A stretch of 64,000 bases of DNA from an uncultured Planctomycetota bacterium. GTDB lineage: Bacteria; Planctomycetota; Planctomycetia; Isosphaerales; Isosphaeraceae. Shown piece after piece: positions 44,332-56,100 of the stretch (within the stretch, counting starts at the first letter, position 1; every line of letters begins with the position of its first letter). The position numbers and the translations under genes were made by a program. The stretch is from contig CAVTTN010000002.1 in the NCBI GenBank assembly GCA_963737655.1, positions 5,280,001 through 5,344,000 of the forward strand, written 5' to 3'. A model generated the notes under the pieces. It worked only from the letters and a program-made list of their open reading frames with translations. It made no database searches and was not told where the DNA came from.

Positions 44332-45531
44332 TCACATGTTCGCCTTGAGCGGGGCGGGCGCGTTGAGCCGCTCGACCTTCGGCGGCCCGCCCGGGAGGTT
44401 CTCGTTGAGGAAGTAGACCTGGCCGTCGGACCCGACGGTCAAGGGCCCGTCGGCGCTATCGCCCGGGCTCCCGCCCTGGGCCGCGGGCAGGTGGATGAGC
44501 GAGATCTGGCCGGTGCCGGTGTGGACCCTTCCCAGGACGTTCTGGGGCTGGGCGCCGGCCTGGTTGATGTCCCGGAACGAGACGTAGACGCTGTGGTCCT
44601 TGCCGATCCCCGAGACGATCTGCGCCGGATCGGCCGACTTGCCGGTCGCGGACGTCACGCCCGTCACCGGGAAGGAGTGGAAGACGCCGTAGGGCGTGAC
44701 CCGGACGATCTCGGGATAGGTCTTGTTGTCGCCGGCCCCCTCGGCGATCCAGATATTGCCGTCGGGACCGGCCGTCAGGCTCGTGGCGTGGAAATAAAAC
44801 GTGGCCGGGCCGCCCTTCTGCTTGGCGGTGAGCGTCCGGGCGACGGGGATGGCGAAGACCTGGACCGGCCCGGTCGGCGCCACCCGGTCGATCTCGCCGG
44901 GGTTGCCGGCCTGGGCGATCCAGAGGTCATCCAGGGCGTCCACGGCCAGGCCCGTGACCTGCTCGATCGACCGACCGACCGGGACGATCGTCATCTGTCC
45001 ATTCGCGTCAATCCGGCCGATCTCCGAGGTCGGCGCCTGGGCGTCGGTCTCGGCCGCGAAGAAGACCTCGCCGTTGTGCCCGGAGGCGAGTTTCTCGACC
45101 GTCAGCGCGTTGGGGACGGGGATCTCGGTGACCGCGCCCGACGGCGAGACCTTCCCCAGGATCGCCGATCCCGGCGCCGTCCCGCCCCGATCGCCGGCGA
45201 ACCACATGTTGCCGTCGGGACCGGCCGTCAGGTCGTTCACGTGGGCGACGTCGGCCGGCAAGGACACGGAATCGAACTGGCCCGACGTCGAGACCCGCCC
45301 GAGCGACGGCGCCGTGCCCGAGCCGCCGACCTCCGAGAACCAGACCTTCCCGTCCGGCCCGTTGGCCATCGGGCCAATCGCCGCCGCCGGCGCCCCCGGG
45401 AACTGCGTGAGGCTGAACGACGACAGGACGGCCCGCCCCTCCAGCAGTTCCGGGGGAGACGGCTTCCGGGCCACGTCCGGACGGACGGTCGAGGCGTTCC
45501 GAGACTCCGATCGGCGACGGAAACCCATCAT
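44332..45531 (-). CDS. Vgb (virginiamycin B lyase)-like beta-propeller with planctomycete extracellular N-terminal motif
   Basis: PELLEGRAVLS leader; repeated TAGPDGN(M/I)W blades. Confidence 0.8.
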   Translation of the reverse strand: MMGFRRRSESRNASTVRPDVARKPSPPELLEGRAVLSSFSLTQFPGAPAAAIGPMANGPDGKVWFSEVGGSGTAPSLGRVSTSGQFDSVSLPADVAHVNDLTAGPDGNMWFAGDRGGTAPGSAILGKVSPSGAVTEIPVPNALTVEKLASGHNGEVFFAAETDAQAPTSEIGRIDANGQMTIVPVGRSIEQVTGLAVDALDDLWIAQAGNPGEIDRVAPTGPVQVFAIPVARTLTAKQKGGPATFYFHATSLTAGPDGNIWIAEGAGDNKTYPEIVRVTPYGVFHSFPVTGVTSATGKSADPAQIVSGIGKDHSVYVSFRDINQAGAQPQNVLGRVHTGTGQISLIHLPAAQGGSPGDSADGPLTVGSDGQVYFLNENLPGGPPKVERLNAPAPLKANM

Positions 45532-45757
45532 GGCGAGCCTCTTGCTCCTGGCCCCGGACCGACAATCCGGAAAAATCCGTAGTCTCTCTCCAGAACATCG
45601 GCCGCCCTCCGGGCCGACTTGAGGGGTTATGCGGATTGCGAAGAATTTTCCGGAAATGCTCGGGAGACGGGAAAACGGGGCAGTTCGTAGGGTCCGCTCT
45701 TGCGGACCTCTTCCATTCCCCCTTGTATTGCCCCGTTCCCCCCGCCTCCCTAAGCGA

Positions 45758-47053
45758 TCAGGCCAGCCCGAATGCGCGGTCGAGTTCGGCGATCACGGCG
45801 TCGTTCATGGGGGAGATGGCGGCGCGATCGAGGGCCACGGCGTTGATCATCGCTTCGGCCGTCGATTCGAGCACTTCGAGCCGGTCGAAGGCGTCGAGAA
45901 TGCTCGTCCCGCAGACCTGCACGCCGTCGTTTTCGAGGATCAGGATCGGGTGACGCGTCGAAGTTCGCGACGCGAGGACCTGGGCATTCGAACCCTCCGC
46001 GAACGGGATCCGGCCGACCTCGCGAAGAAAGATGTAGCTCTCGGGGATCGTCCTCGTGTCGAGAGGGACATCGACGACGCCGAAGGCCGAGGCGTTCACC
46101 GGATAGGCCGTGACGACGGCCCGGATCGCCGGGTGAGCGGCGAAGATGGCCCGGTGCGACGCCGCCGCGAGGCTCGGCGTCTTGCCGGGCTCGGGCGAGC
46201 CGGCGGTCACCAGCACGAGGTCCTCGACGCCGAGCGCGCTGCGATCGACCCGGTGAGGGGTCACGAGGAACGAATCGGCGTCGAGCCGGGCCGAGAACGC
46301 CCCCTGAGTGCTGATCACCAGCCTCTGGCGATAGGCCCGGTGGACGAACTCGCAGAGGTCCCGGCGAAGCTCTTTTTCCCGGCTCGAGATCGGCCCGGTC
46401 CTCGGCTTCGGCGAGGCGACCGAGGGCGCCCGGGTCCGCCCGGCCTCGTCGGCGGAAAGGGAGCGGACGGGCCCCAGCAGGCTCGCCTTGATGACCGTCT
46501 TCGCGCAGAATTCCAGGGTCTCGAACCGCTCGAACGCCTCCTGAAGGCTCGTCCCGGCGGTGACCACGCCATGATTCTCCAGGACCACGCAGCCGAACCC
46601 GTCGGCGAACGTTCTTGCGATGTTCGAGCCGAGCGCCTCGCTGCCGGGCAGGGCATAGGGGGCGAACCCGACCTCTCCGCAGACGCGCCAGGCCGTCGGC
46701 AACAGCCTCGTGTCGGGCACCCTCCGGCAGATGCTGAAGGCGACCAGGGCGACGGGGTGGGCGTGGACGATCCCGCGGAGGTCGGGGCGGGCCTCGTAGA
46801 TCGCCCGGTGGAACGGGAACTCGCTGGACGGGACGTGCGGCCCCTCGACCGTCCCATCGGGTCTCACGCACATGATGTCGTCTCGACGAAGGTTCCCCTT
46901 GTCCACCCTGGCCGGGGTGATCCAGATGGAGCCGTCGTCGTCCCGGATCGAGAGGTTGCCGCCGGACGTGGTCGTCATCCGGTAGCGATAGATCCGCTCC
47001 ATCGTCCTCATGAGTTCGTCGCGGCCGTGGAGGAAGGCGCTGGGGCGGTCCAT
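45758..47053 (-). CDS. two-domain class II aldolase/adducin family protein
   Basis: GGNLS, PSSEFPFH, HAHP and LENHG in domain 1; a homologous second domain with TAYP and LENDG. Confidence 0.85.
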   Translation of the reverse strand: MDRPSAFLHGRDELMRTMERIYRYRMTTTSGGNLSIRDDDGSIWITPARVDKGNLRRDDIMCVRPDGTVEGPHVPSSEFPFHRAIYEARPDLRGIVHAHPVALVAFSICRRVPDTRLLPTAWRVCGEVGFAPYALPGSEALGSNIARTFADGFGCVVLENHGVVTAGTSLQEAFERFETLEFCAKTVIKASLLGPVRSLSADEAGRTRAPSVASPKPRTGPISSREKELRRDLCEFVHRAYRQRLVISTQGAFSARLDADSFLVTPHRVDRSALGVEDLVLVTAGSPEPGKTPSLAAASHRAIFAAHPAIRAVVTAYPVNASAFGVVDVPLDTRTIPESYIFLREVGRIPFAEGSNAQVLASRTSTRHPILILENDGVQVCGTSILDAFDRLEVLESTAEAMINAVALDRAAISPMNDAVIAELDRAFGLA

Positions 47054-47124
47054 GATGGTGTCCCTCGGTGGTCCCCGGATTACACGCGACGGGCCGCCGC
47101 GGATCAATCGGAGAGGAGCCGGCG

Positions 47125-47856
47125 ATGAGCGATTTGAAGGGCCGAGCGGCGGTGGTCACCGGGGCGAGCCGCGGCATCGGCCGGGCGATCGCCGAGGCAT
47201 TGGCCCGCGAGGGATGCGACGTGGGCATCGGCTATCGGGCTCGCGAGGACGAGGCGCGAACGGTCGTCGAGGCGATCGAATCGCTCGGGAGGAAGGCCGT
47301 GGCGCTGCGGGCGGACGTGTCGTCGGCCGAGGACGTCGAGCGGCTCGCCCGAGAGGCCGCGTCGGCCCTGGGCCCGATCGAGGTCCTCGTGAACAACGCG
47401 GGCGTGGCCCATCCGATCGCGATCGACGCCCTGACGATCGAGGACTTCGACGCCGAGGTCGCCGCCAATCTCCGCTCGGCGTTCCTGGTCACCCAGGAGT
47501 TCCTGCCCGCGATGAGGGAGGCGCGATTCGGGCGCCTGCTGTTCGTCTCGTCGGTGGCGGCGCAGGTGGGCGGGGTGGTCGGCCCCCACTACGCGGCGTC
47601 GAAGGCGGGGCTCCACGGCCTGGCCCACGCGTATGCGGCCATCCTGGCGAAGGACGGGATCACCGCGAACGTCCTGGCCCCGGCCCTGATCGACACCGAG
47701 ATGGTCCGCAACAACCCCAGGGCCCGGCCCGATCTGATCCCCGTCGGCCGGTTCGGGGCCGTCGAGGAAGCGGCCGAGCTGGCCGTGGCGATCCTTCGGA
47801 ACGCGTACATGACCGGCCAGACCGTGAACATCAACGGGGGTTGGTACATGAGTTGA
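47125..47856 (+). CDS. SDR family oxidoreductase (FabG-like)
   Basis: TGASRGIG, NNAG and YAASK; GAGAGGAG RBS upstream. Confidence 0.9.
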   Translation: MSDLKGRAAVVTGASRGIGRAIAEALAREGCDVGIGYRAREDEARTVVEAIESLGRKAVALRADVSSAEDVERLAREAASALGPIEVLVNNAGVAHPIAIDALTIEDFDAEVAANLRSAFLVTQEFLPAMREARFGRLLFVSSVAAQVGGVVGPHYAASKAGLHGLAHAYAAILAKDGITANVLAPALIDTEMVRNNPRARPDLIPVGRFGAVEEAAELAVAILRNAYMTGQTVNINGGWYMS

Positions 47857-47886
47857 GGCGGGCCGGGGCCGGCCCGCCCGACCGGA

Positions 47887-49449
47887 TCATGTGTTCACGA
47901 GGCGCGATTCCCCCTTGACCATCCGCCGGGTCATGATGGCGAAGTGGGTGTGCATGATGCACTTCCAGGCGAACTGGAAGAGGAGCCGAGGGGGGCGCCG
48001 GGCGGCGATCAGCTTGCGGAGCGACCGGGCGTAGGTCTTGCGGAACGGGCGGGTGCGGGGGTCGGTCCAGACCTTGGCGATCATGAAGAGGGCGGCGAAG
48101 ATCGTCAGGGTCTGCATCTTCAGGTAGCTCAGCGGGCGGTTCCGCCTCAGCCATTTCATCTTGGCGTCGCCGATGGCCAGGCGGCCCTCGGTGAACAGGG
48201 CGTCGAACCGGGCGAAGTAGTTGTCGGCGTCGTAGAGGCGGTCCATGAGGTCCACCCAGCCGTCCCTCATGGCCTCGCGGGTCATGTTCAGGGGGATCAC
48301 GTTGGTGGCGATCCTCGGGTCGTCGGCGGCGGCGTTGTCCAGGCGCCCCTCGGCTTCCAGGCGGTCGTACAGGGGCGTCTTGGGGATGGCCGAGAGCATG
48401 CCGGCCATCGCGCCGACGATCCGGGCCTTCTCCAGGAACTCGAACTGGCGGTCGAAGACGGTCTCGTCGTCGGCGTCGAACCCGACGATCATCCCGGCGT
48501 AGACCTCCAGGCCGGCGTCCTGGACCTTCTTCACGCGCTCGAGGATGCCCCCGCGAACATTCTGGTACTTCTTGGTCTCGCGGAGGGCCGCCTCGTCGGG
48601 GCTCTCGATCCCGATGAACACGGCGACCAGGCCCGCCTCGGCCATCAGGGTCAACAGCTCGTCATCCTCGGCCAGGTCGAGCGACGCCTCGGTGAAGAAG
48701 GCGACGGGATAGCCGTTCTGGTGCTGCCAGGCGATGATGGCGCGGAGGATCTCCTTGGCGGCCTTCTTGTTGCCGATGAAATTGTCGTCGACGAGGAAGA
48801 TCATCCGGGCGCCGAGCTTCCTCTGGGCGTCGATCTCGGCGATCACCTGGGCGGCCGTCTTGATCCGGGGCTTCCGGCCGAAGATGACGATGATGTCGCA
48901 GAACTCGCACTGGAACGGGCAGCCTCGCGAGGTCTGGACGCAGCCCATCGCGTATTCCCGGTAGCGGACGAGGTCGTACCGGGGGATCGGCACCTTGGTC
49001 ATGTCGGTCTTGTCGGCCTGTTCATAGCGATACTGGTGGAGGCCCTGCTTCCACTCCTCGAGGAACCTCGGCCAGGTCTCCTCGGCCTCGCCGATGAAGA
49101 TGACGTCCACGAGGCCGTCGTACCAGTTCTCGGCGACGGTGATCCAGGGGCCGCCGACGATGGTGAAGATGTCCCGGGCGTGGAGCTCCATCAGGATCTC
49201 GCGCATCCGGTCGCGCTGGACGGTCATCCCGGTCAGGCCGACGATGTCGAAGGACTTGAGGGCCTCGTAATCGATGTCCTCGATGTTCTCGTCGATCAGG
49301 ACGACCTCATGCTCGGGCGGCGTCAGGCCGGCGAGGACCGGCAGGGCCAGGACGGGCATGTTGGCCTTCTTGCCCAGCAGGGGCAGGCCGTGGTCCAGGC
49401 CCCAGAAGGATGTGGGGAATCGGGGGTTGATCAGGCAGATCCGGGCCAT
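47887..49449 (-). CDS. B12-binding radical SAM protein (HpnP/DUF4070-like)
   Basis: N-terminal B12-binding domain (VGGP, IFIGEAE); RGCPFQCEFC motif; VDDNFIGN. Confidence 0.88.
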   Translation of the reverse strand: MARICLINPRFPTSFWGLDHGLPLLGKKANMPVLALPVLAGLTPPEHEVVLIDENIEDIDYEALKSFDIVGLTGMTVQRDRMREILMELHARDIFTIVGGPWITVAENWYDGLVDVIFIGEAEETWPRFLEEWKQGLHQYRYEQADKTDMTKVPIPRYDLVRYREYAMGCVQTSRGCPFQCEFCDIIVIFGRKPRIKTAAQVIAEIDAQRKLGARMIFLVDDNFIGNKKAAKEILRAIIAWQHQNGYPVAFFTEASLDLAEDDELLTLMAEAGLVAVFIGIESPDEAALRETKKYQNVRGGILERVKKVQDAGLEVYAGMIVGFDADDETVFDRQFEFLEKARIVGAMAGMLSAIPKTPLYDRLEAEGRLDNAAADDPRIATNVIPLNMTREAMRDGWVDLMDRLYDADNYFARFDALFTEGRLAIGDAKMKWLRRNRPLSYLKMQTLTIFAALFMIAKVWTDPRTRPFRKTYARSLRKLIAARRPPRLLFQFAWKCIMHTHFAIMTRRMVKGESRLVNT

Positions 49450-49654
49450 GGCGTCATCCCTCTCCTTGGGGGCCTCAGCGACCGATCGCGGATGGTCCGG
49501 GGGCGGGCCGGGCGTCGTCGGGGCAAGAAGACCCTTCTACCCCGAGAAGGGCCTTCAGGAGAAGAGGGAAGCACTCGTGGAACGTGAAGTCCGCGCCGGA
49601 ATCCGAAGAATCGGCGAGATTTCCTCGCCCAGAACCCCGGGACGACCGGGACGA

Positions 49655-49786
49655 TGGACCGAGTAGTGGGCAGTGGACCGAGCAGTGGGCAGTGGGCAGT
49701 GGGCAGTGGGCAGTGGGCAGGAGTCTTCGAGCTTCGCCCATCGTATTGTCTTCAAACTGCCCACTGCCCACTGCCCACTGCCCACT
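49655..49786. repeat. second inverted heptamer array (CAGTGGG)5 / (ACTGCCC)4
   Basis: Counted directly, with TGGACCGAG leader units; lies 9 nt beyond the RND stop codon. Confidence 0.92.
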
Positions 49787-49794
49787 TTCTTGAA

Positions 49795-52700
49795 CTAGTG
49801 ATGCCCGTCCCCGGTCGGCTCGGGCTTGGCGTGGCCGTTGCCGTTGGCGAGCGGGTCGGTCCGGCGGCCGTCGTCGGCGACCCCGGGGGTCATCCGGCGG
49901 TCGGAGAACCACTGGATCACGTAATAGAACACCGGGGTGAGGAAGATCCCGAAGAACGTCACGCCGAGCATCCCGCTGAAGACGGCCGTGCCGAGCGTTC
50001 GCCTCATCTCGGCCCCGGCGCCGACGGAGAGCACCAGGGGGACGACGCCGAGGATGAACGCGAACGACGTCATCATGATCGGCCGGAGCCGGAGGGTGAC
50101 GGCCTCGAGGGTGGCCTCCCGGGTGGGGACGCCCGCCTCTCGCCTCGCCTTGGCGAACTCGACGATCAGGATCGCGTTCTTGCACGCCAGGCCCACGAGC
50201 ACGACGAACCCGACCTGGGTGAAGATGTTGATGTCCATCTTCGCCGACTGGACGCCCGCGATCGAGCACAGCAGGCACATCGGCACCACCAGGATCACCG
50301 CCAGGGGCAGCGACCAGCTCTCGTATTGCGCCGCCAGGACGAGGAACACGAGGACGACGGCCAGGATGAACACGTACATGGCCGTGCTGCCGGTCTGGAG
50401 CTGCAACAGGGCCAGCTCGGTCCACTCGGGCCTCATCGACGCGGGCAGCTCCCGGGCGACGACCGCATCCATCTGGCTGATGGCCTGGCCGGAGCTGGTC
50501 CCGACGGCCGGCTCGCCGTTGATCGCGGCGGCCGGGTACATGTTGTACCGCATCACGAGGACCGGCCCGGGCACGTCCTCGACGCTCGCCATCGTCCCCA
50601 GGGGGGACATCCCGCCCCTCTCGTTGCGGATCTTGAGCTGCTTGAGGTCCTCGATCTGCTTGCGGAAGTTCGCCCCCCCCTGGAGGTTCACCTGCCAGGT
50701 CCGGCCGAAGCGGTTGAAGTCGTTGACATACAGCGACCCGAGGTAGACCTGCAAGGTGTTGAAGACCTCGCCCATCGAGACGCCCATCGTCTTGACCTTG
50801 TCGCGATCGATGTTGAGGAAGAGCCAGGGCGTGTTGGCGCGGAAGCTGGTGAAGAGGTCGCGGAGGCCCGGGGTGCGCTCGGCCTGGGCGACGACGGCCT
50901 CGGCGTGCTTCTCCAGCTCGGCCAGGCCGAGGTCGCCGCGGTCCTCGATCACGATCTTGAACCCGCCGGCCGTCCCCAGGCCCTCGACCGGAGGCGCGCC
51001 GAAGACGTTCACCAGCCCGTCGGTGACCTGCTCCTGCAGGGTCGCCTTGAGCCGGGCCGAGATCGCGTCGCCGGAGAGCTCGGGCTTGTCCCGGTGGTGG
51101 AACTCGTCCAGCATCACGTACATCGAGCCATAATTCGGCGCGTTCGCGTTCAGGAGCAGCGACTGGCCGGAGATGGCGACGGTGTGGGCCACGCCGGGGA
51201 TCTCGCCGGCGATCGCCTGGGCCTTGGCCATGACCCTCTGCGTGTGCTCGACCGAGGTGGCGTCGGGCAGGCGGACGTTGACCAGGAGATACCCCTTGTC
51301 CTGGCTCGGGATGAATCCGGCCGGGGTCTTCTGGAAGCCGTAATACGTCAGGTACAGCAATCCTCCGTAGCCGACGAGGATCAGCAGGCTGACCCTCAGC
51401 AGCCATCCCACCATCCGGGCGTAGACGCCCGTCGCCTTCTGGAACAGGTAGTTGAACAGGCGGAAGAACCCCGAGATCAGCCGGTCCAGGAGCGGCCCGA
51501 CGACCCAACCGGCCACGCCCCCGGCCATCATCGCGAGCATCGCCGACGGCTCCGGGGCCCAGTCGGGATAGCGGGGCGGCCGGGCCACGTGGGGCGCGAG
51601 GAACGCCGAGAGGAACGCATAGCCGAGCCAGCCTCCCAGGAGCGCATAGGCCGGGCGGGGCAGGGCGTTGCTCGCCCCCGCGCTCCGGGGCCGGAGCAGC
51701 AGGGCGGCCAGCGCGGGGAGAGCGTCAGGCTGTTGAACGCCGAGATGAACGTCGAGATCGCGATCGTCAGCGCGAATTGCTTGAAGAACTGGCCGACGAT
51801 CCCGCTGATGAACATGCAAGGGACGAACACGGCCCCCAGGACCAGGGCGATCGCGATGACCGGGCCCGACACGTCCTCCATCGCCTTGACGGTCGCGTCC
51901 CTGGGGCTCATCCCGTGCTCGATGTGGTGCTCCACCGCCTCGACCACCACGATCGCGTCGTCCACCACGATCCCGATCGCCAGGACCAGGCCGAACAGCG
52001 TCAGGTTGTTCAGGGAGAACCCGAACGCCGCCATCGCCGAGAACGTGCCGATCACGGCCACCGGCACCGCGATCAGCGGGATGACCGCCGACCGCCAGTT
52101 CTGCAGGAAGAGCAGGACCACCACGGCCACGAGGATCACGGCGTCCCGCAAGGTCTTGAAGACCTCCCGCACCGATTCGGTGATGAACGGCGTGGTGTCG
52201 TAGACGATCGCGTACTCCAGGCCGGGCTGGAAGTGGGACCGGAGCTCCTCCATCTTCTCGCGGACGAGCCGGGCGGTATCCAGGGCGTTGGAGCCCGGCC
52301 TCTGGTAGATCGACAGGGCGACGGACGGGCGGCCGTCGAGCGTGCAGGTCTGGTCATAGGCTTGCGCGCCCATCTCGACGTCGGCCACGTCCTTCAGGCG
52401 GACGATCCGGCCCTCGGGGTCGGTCTTGAGGATCATCTCCTCGAACTGCTCGGGGTCGGTCAGCCGGCCGAGCGTGCTCATGGTGTACTGGAAGACCTGG
52501 CCCTGGGGGACCGGCGGCTGGCCGATCTGCCCGGCGGCGACCTGGATGTTCTGCTGCTCGATCGCCGTGGAGACGTCGGTCGCCGTGAGCCCCCGGTAGG
52601 ACATCCGGCCCGGGTCGAGCCAGATCCTCATGCTGAAGTCGCGCTGGCCGAGGTAGGTGATGTCGCCCACGCCCTGGATCCTCGCCAGCTCGTCGCGGAT

Positions 52701-53186
52701 CTGGATCGTCGCGTAATTGCTCAGGTACAGGTTGTCGCGGGAGTTGTCGGGCGAGAAGAGGTTGACGATCATCAGCGTGCTGGGGGACTTCTTCTTGACC
52801 GTCACGCCGCGGCGCTTGACCAGCTCGGGGAGGATCGGCTCGGCCAGGCTCACGCGGTTCTGCACGAGGACCTGGGCCATGTTCAGGTCCACGCCGAGCT
52901 TGAACGTGACGGTGAGGGTGTACATGCCGTCGTTGGTGCATTGCGAGGACATGTACATCATGTTCTCGACGCCGTTGACCTGCTGCTCGATGGGCGCGGC
53001 CACGGTGTCGGCGACGACCTTCGAGTTGGCCCCCGGGTAATAGGCGGAGACCTCGACGGTCGGCGGGGTGATCTCGGGGTACTGGGCGACCGGGAGCGAC
53101 CCGACGGCGATCCCGCCGCCCAGGGTGATCACGATCGAGAGCACGGCGGCGAAGATCGGTCGGTCGATGAAGAACTTCGAGAACAT
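49795..53186 (-). CDS. HAE1-family RND efflux permease (copy 2); one apparent frameshift (~51717)
   Basis: FFIDRPIFA, GIVVDDAIVVVE, KNAILIVEFA and RLRPIMMTS. Comparison with the paralogue (LSPALAALLL) shows one C lost. Confidence 0.92.
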
Positions 53187-53199
53187 CGGCGGCCCTCTC

Positions 53200-56100
53200 T
53201 CACTTCTGCTCGACGAGCTCGGGGGTGGAGGCCGGCCCTCGGCCGATCTCGGGGTCCACGGCCTTCTTCTTGGGGGGAGTCTGGGCCATCCGGCGGGCGG
53301 CCCGGACCATCGACGGCACCGCCAGGATCAGGGCGCCACCCCCAGGGTCACCGCGTACAGGGCGACCCGCGCGGCCAGGCGGACCTTTCGGGACCTCAGC
53401 AGGCTCGTCTCGCCCAGCCTCTCGATCACGAAGAAGAACACCGGCGTGAGGAAGATCCCGAACAGGGTCACGCCCAGCATCCCGCTGAAGACCGTCGTGC
53501 CCAGGGTCCGCCTCATCTCGGCACCGGCCCCCTTGGAGAGCAGCAGGGGCAGGACGCCGAGGATGAACGCGAACGACGTCATGATGATCGGCCGGAGCCG
53601 CAGCGTGCAGGCGTCCAGGGCGGCCTGGCGGGGCGACTCGCCGGCATCCCGCCTCTGCTTGGCGAACTCGACGATCAGGATCGCGTTCTTGCTCGCCAGG
53701 CCGACGAGCACGACGAACCCGATCTGCGTGAAGATGTTGATGTCCTGCTTCGCCACCCACACGCCCATCACGGCGCTCAGCAGGCACATCGGCACCACCA
53801 GGATGATCGCCAGGGGGAGGCCCCAGCTCTCGTATTGCGCCGCCAGGACGAGGAAGACCATCACCACGGCCAATCCGAAGATCTTCATGGCCATGTTGCC
53901 GGCCTGGAGCTCCAGGTACGCCAGCTCGGTCCACTCGTAGGCCATCGACGGGTTCAGGCCCCGATCGGGGTCCTCGGCGAGCCTCTCCATCGTGGCGATG
54001 GCCTGGCCCGAGCTGACCCCGGGGGCCGCCGCCCCGTTGATCGGCGCCGCCGGGTACATGTTGTAGCGGGTGAGGACCAGCGGCCCGTTGACCTCCTCGA
54101 CCTTCGCCACCGCGCCCACGGGCACCATGTTGCCGTCGGAGTTGCGGACCTTCAGCCTCTGGACGCTCTCGATCGTGTTGCGGTAGCTCTGCTCGGCCTG
54201 GACGATCACCTGCCACGTCCGGCCGAAACGATTGAAATCGTTCACATAGAGCGAGCCGAGGTTGATTCGGAGCGTGTCGAAGAGGTCGCGGAGCAGGACC
54301 TTCTTGGTCATGCAGGCGGCGCGGTTCACGTCCACGAAGAGCTGGGGGACGTTGGCGCGGAAGACCGAGGCGAGGCCGACGATCGCGGGGTTGGACTTGG
54401 CCAGGGCGGCGACTTCCTCGGGCGTCTTGCCCCGGACGTCGATCCTGGGGTCGGGGACGTTGCGGGCCTGATCGACGAGGTTCTCGGTCTCCTGCTGGAG
54501 GACGAGGTTCTCGGCCTGGGCCTGGGTCAGCCGCTCCATCGTGGGTTGCTGGGGGGCGTCGAACTGGTCGCCGGGGCGCCTGGGGACGGGCTTCGCCGGC
54601 GGGGGGGGCCCGCCCCCCTTCTTCGCCTTCAGGTCGCTCGCCGAGACGTCCCCGCGACGCTCGATCATGAGCTTGAACCCGCCGGCCCGGCCCACCCCGC
54701 GGACCGGGGGAGGCCCGAGGACCGCGAACATCGCCTCGGGCACCTGCGCCGCGAACCTCGCCGTCAGCTCCTTGGCGATGGTGTCGCTGTCCTGGGCGAA
54801 CGGGACCCGCTCCGTGACCTTCTTGCCCGACTTGTCCAGGACCGGCTTGCCGTTCTTGAGGACCGGCCTCTCGATCCACTTCGACTCCCGCCGCTCGTCG
54901 AACGGCTCCAGGATCACGAACATCGAGCCGAAATTCGACCCGTTGGCGCTCAGCAGGAGCGATTGACCGGCGATCACCTGAGTATGCTTCACGCCGGGGA
55001 CCGTGCGGGCGATCCCCTCGGCCTTGTCCATGACCTTCCGGTTCCACTCGTCGGCCGTCGCGTCGGGCGACTGGACGTTGACGAGCAGGTACCCCATGTC
55101 CTGGCTCGGGATGAACCCGGTGGCCGTGTGGTTCAGGCCGTAATAGGTGTAGTAGAGCAGCCCGCCGTAGCCCGCCAGCACCAGGACCGCCGCGCGGAGC
55201 AGCCAGCCCACGGCCCTCGTGTAGCCGCCGGTGGCGAGCTTGAACGCGGCGTTGAACAGGCGGAAGAAGCCCGAGAGGACGCGGTCCAGGATCGGCCCGA
55301 GCACCCAGCCGAGGATCGCCCCGGCCCCCACGCTCGCCGAGAACGCGATCCACCACCGCGAATCGGCGGACGCCGTCAGGTGCCCCCACCGCAGCGCCTT
55401 GATCACGAGCGGTTCGGTCCGCGCGACCAGCAGCTCATACCCCGCGAACCCCAGGCCCGCCGAGTAGGCGACCCGGGGCAGGACGGCCCGGCCGCCGTGC
55501 CCCTTCGGCTTCAGGAGCAGGGCGGCCAGCGCGGGCGAGAGCGTCAGGCTGTTGAACGCCGAGATCACCGTGGAGACCGCGATCGTCAGCGCGAATTGCC
55601 GGAAGAACTGGCCGACGATCCCCGTGATGAACGCGCACGGCACGAACACCGCCGTGAGCACCAGGCCGATGGCGATGACCGGGCCGGAAACCTCGTCCAT
55701 CGCCTTGACGGTCGCGTCCCTGGGGCTCATCCCGTGCTCGATGTGGTGCTCCACCGCCTCGACCACCACGATCGCGTCGTCCACCACGATCCCGATCGCC
55801 AGGACCAGCCCGAACAGAGTCAGGTTATTCAGGGAGAACCCGAACGCCGCCATCGCCGCGAACGTGCCGATGATCGCCACCGGCACCGCGATCAGCGGGA
55901 TGACCGCCGACCGCCAGTTCTGCAGGAAGAGCAGGACCACCACCGCCACGAGCAAGATCGCCTCGCGCAACGTCTTGAAGACCTCGCCGATCGACTCGCG
56001 GATGAACGGGGTGGTGTCGTACCGGACCTCGTAATCCACCCCGGGCGGGAATTCCTTCTTCATCTCCTCCATCTTGGCCTTGATGATGTCGGCGGTGTCC

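Noticed and set aside
44332..45531. Streptogramin resistance gene
   Set aside because: Only the propeller repeat is shared; the export-type leader argues for another role.
45647..45656. Palindrome TTTCCGGAAA upstream of the Vgb-like gene
   Set aside because: It is only 10 bp with no supporting context and could be chance.
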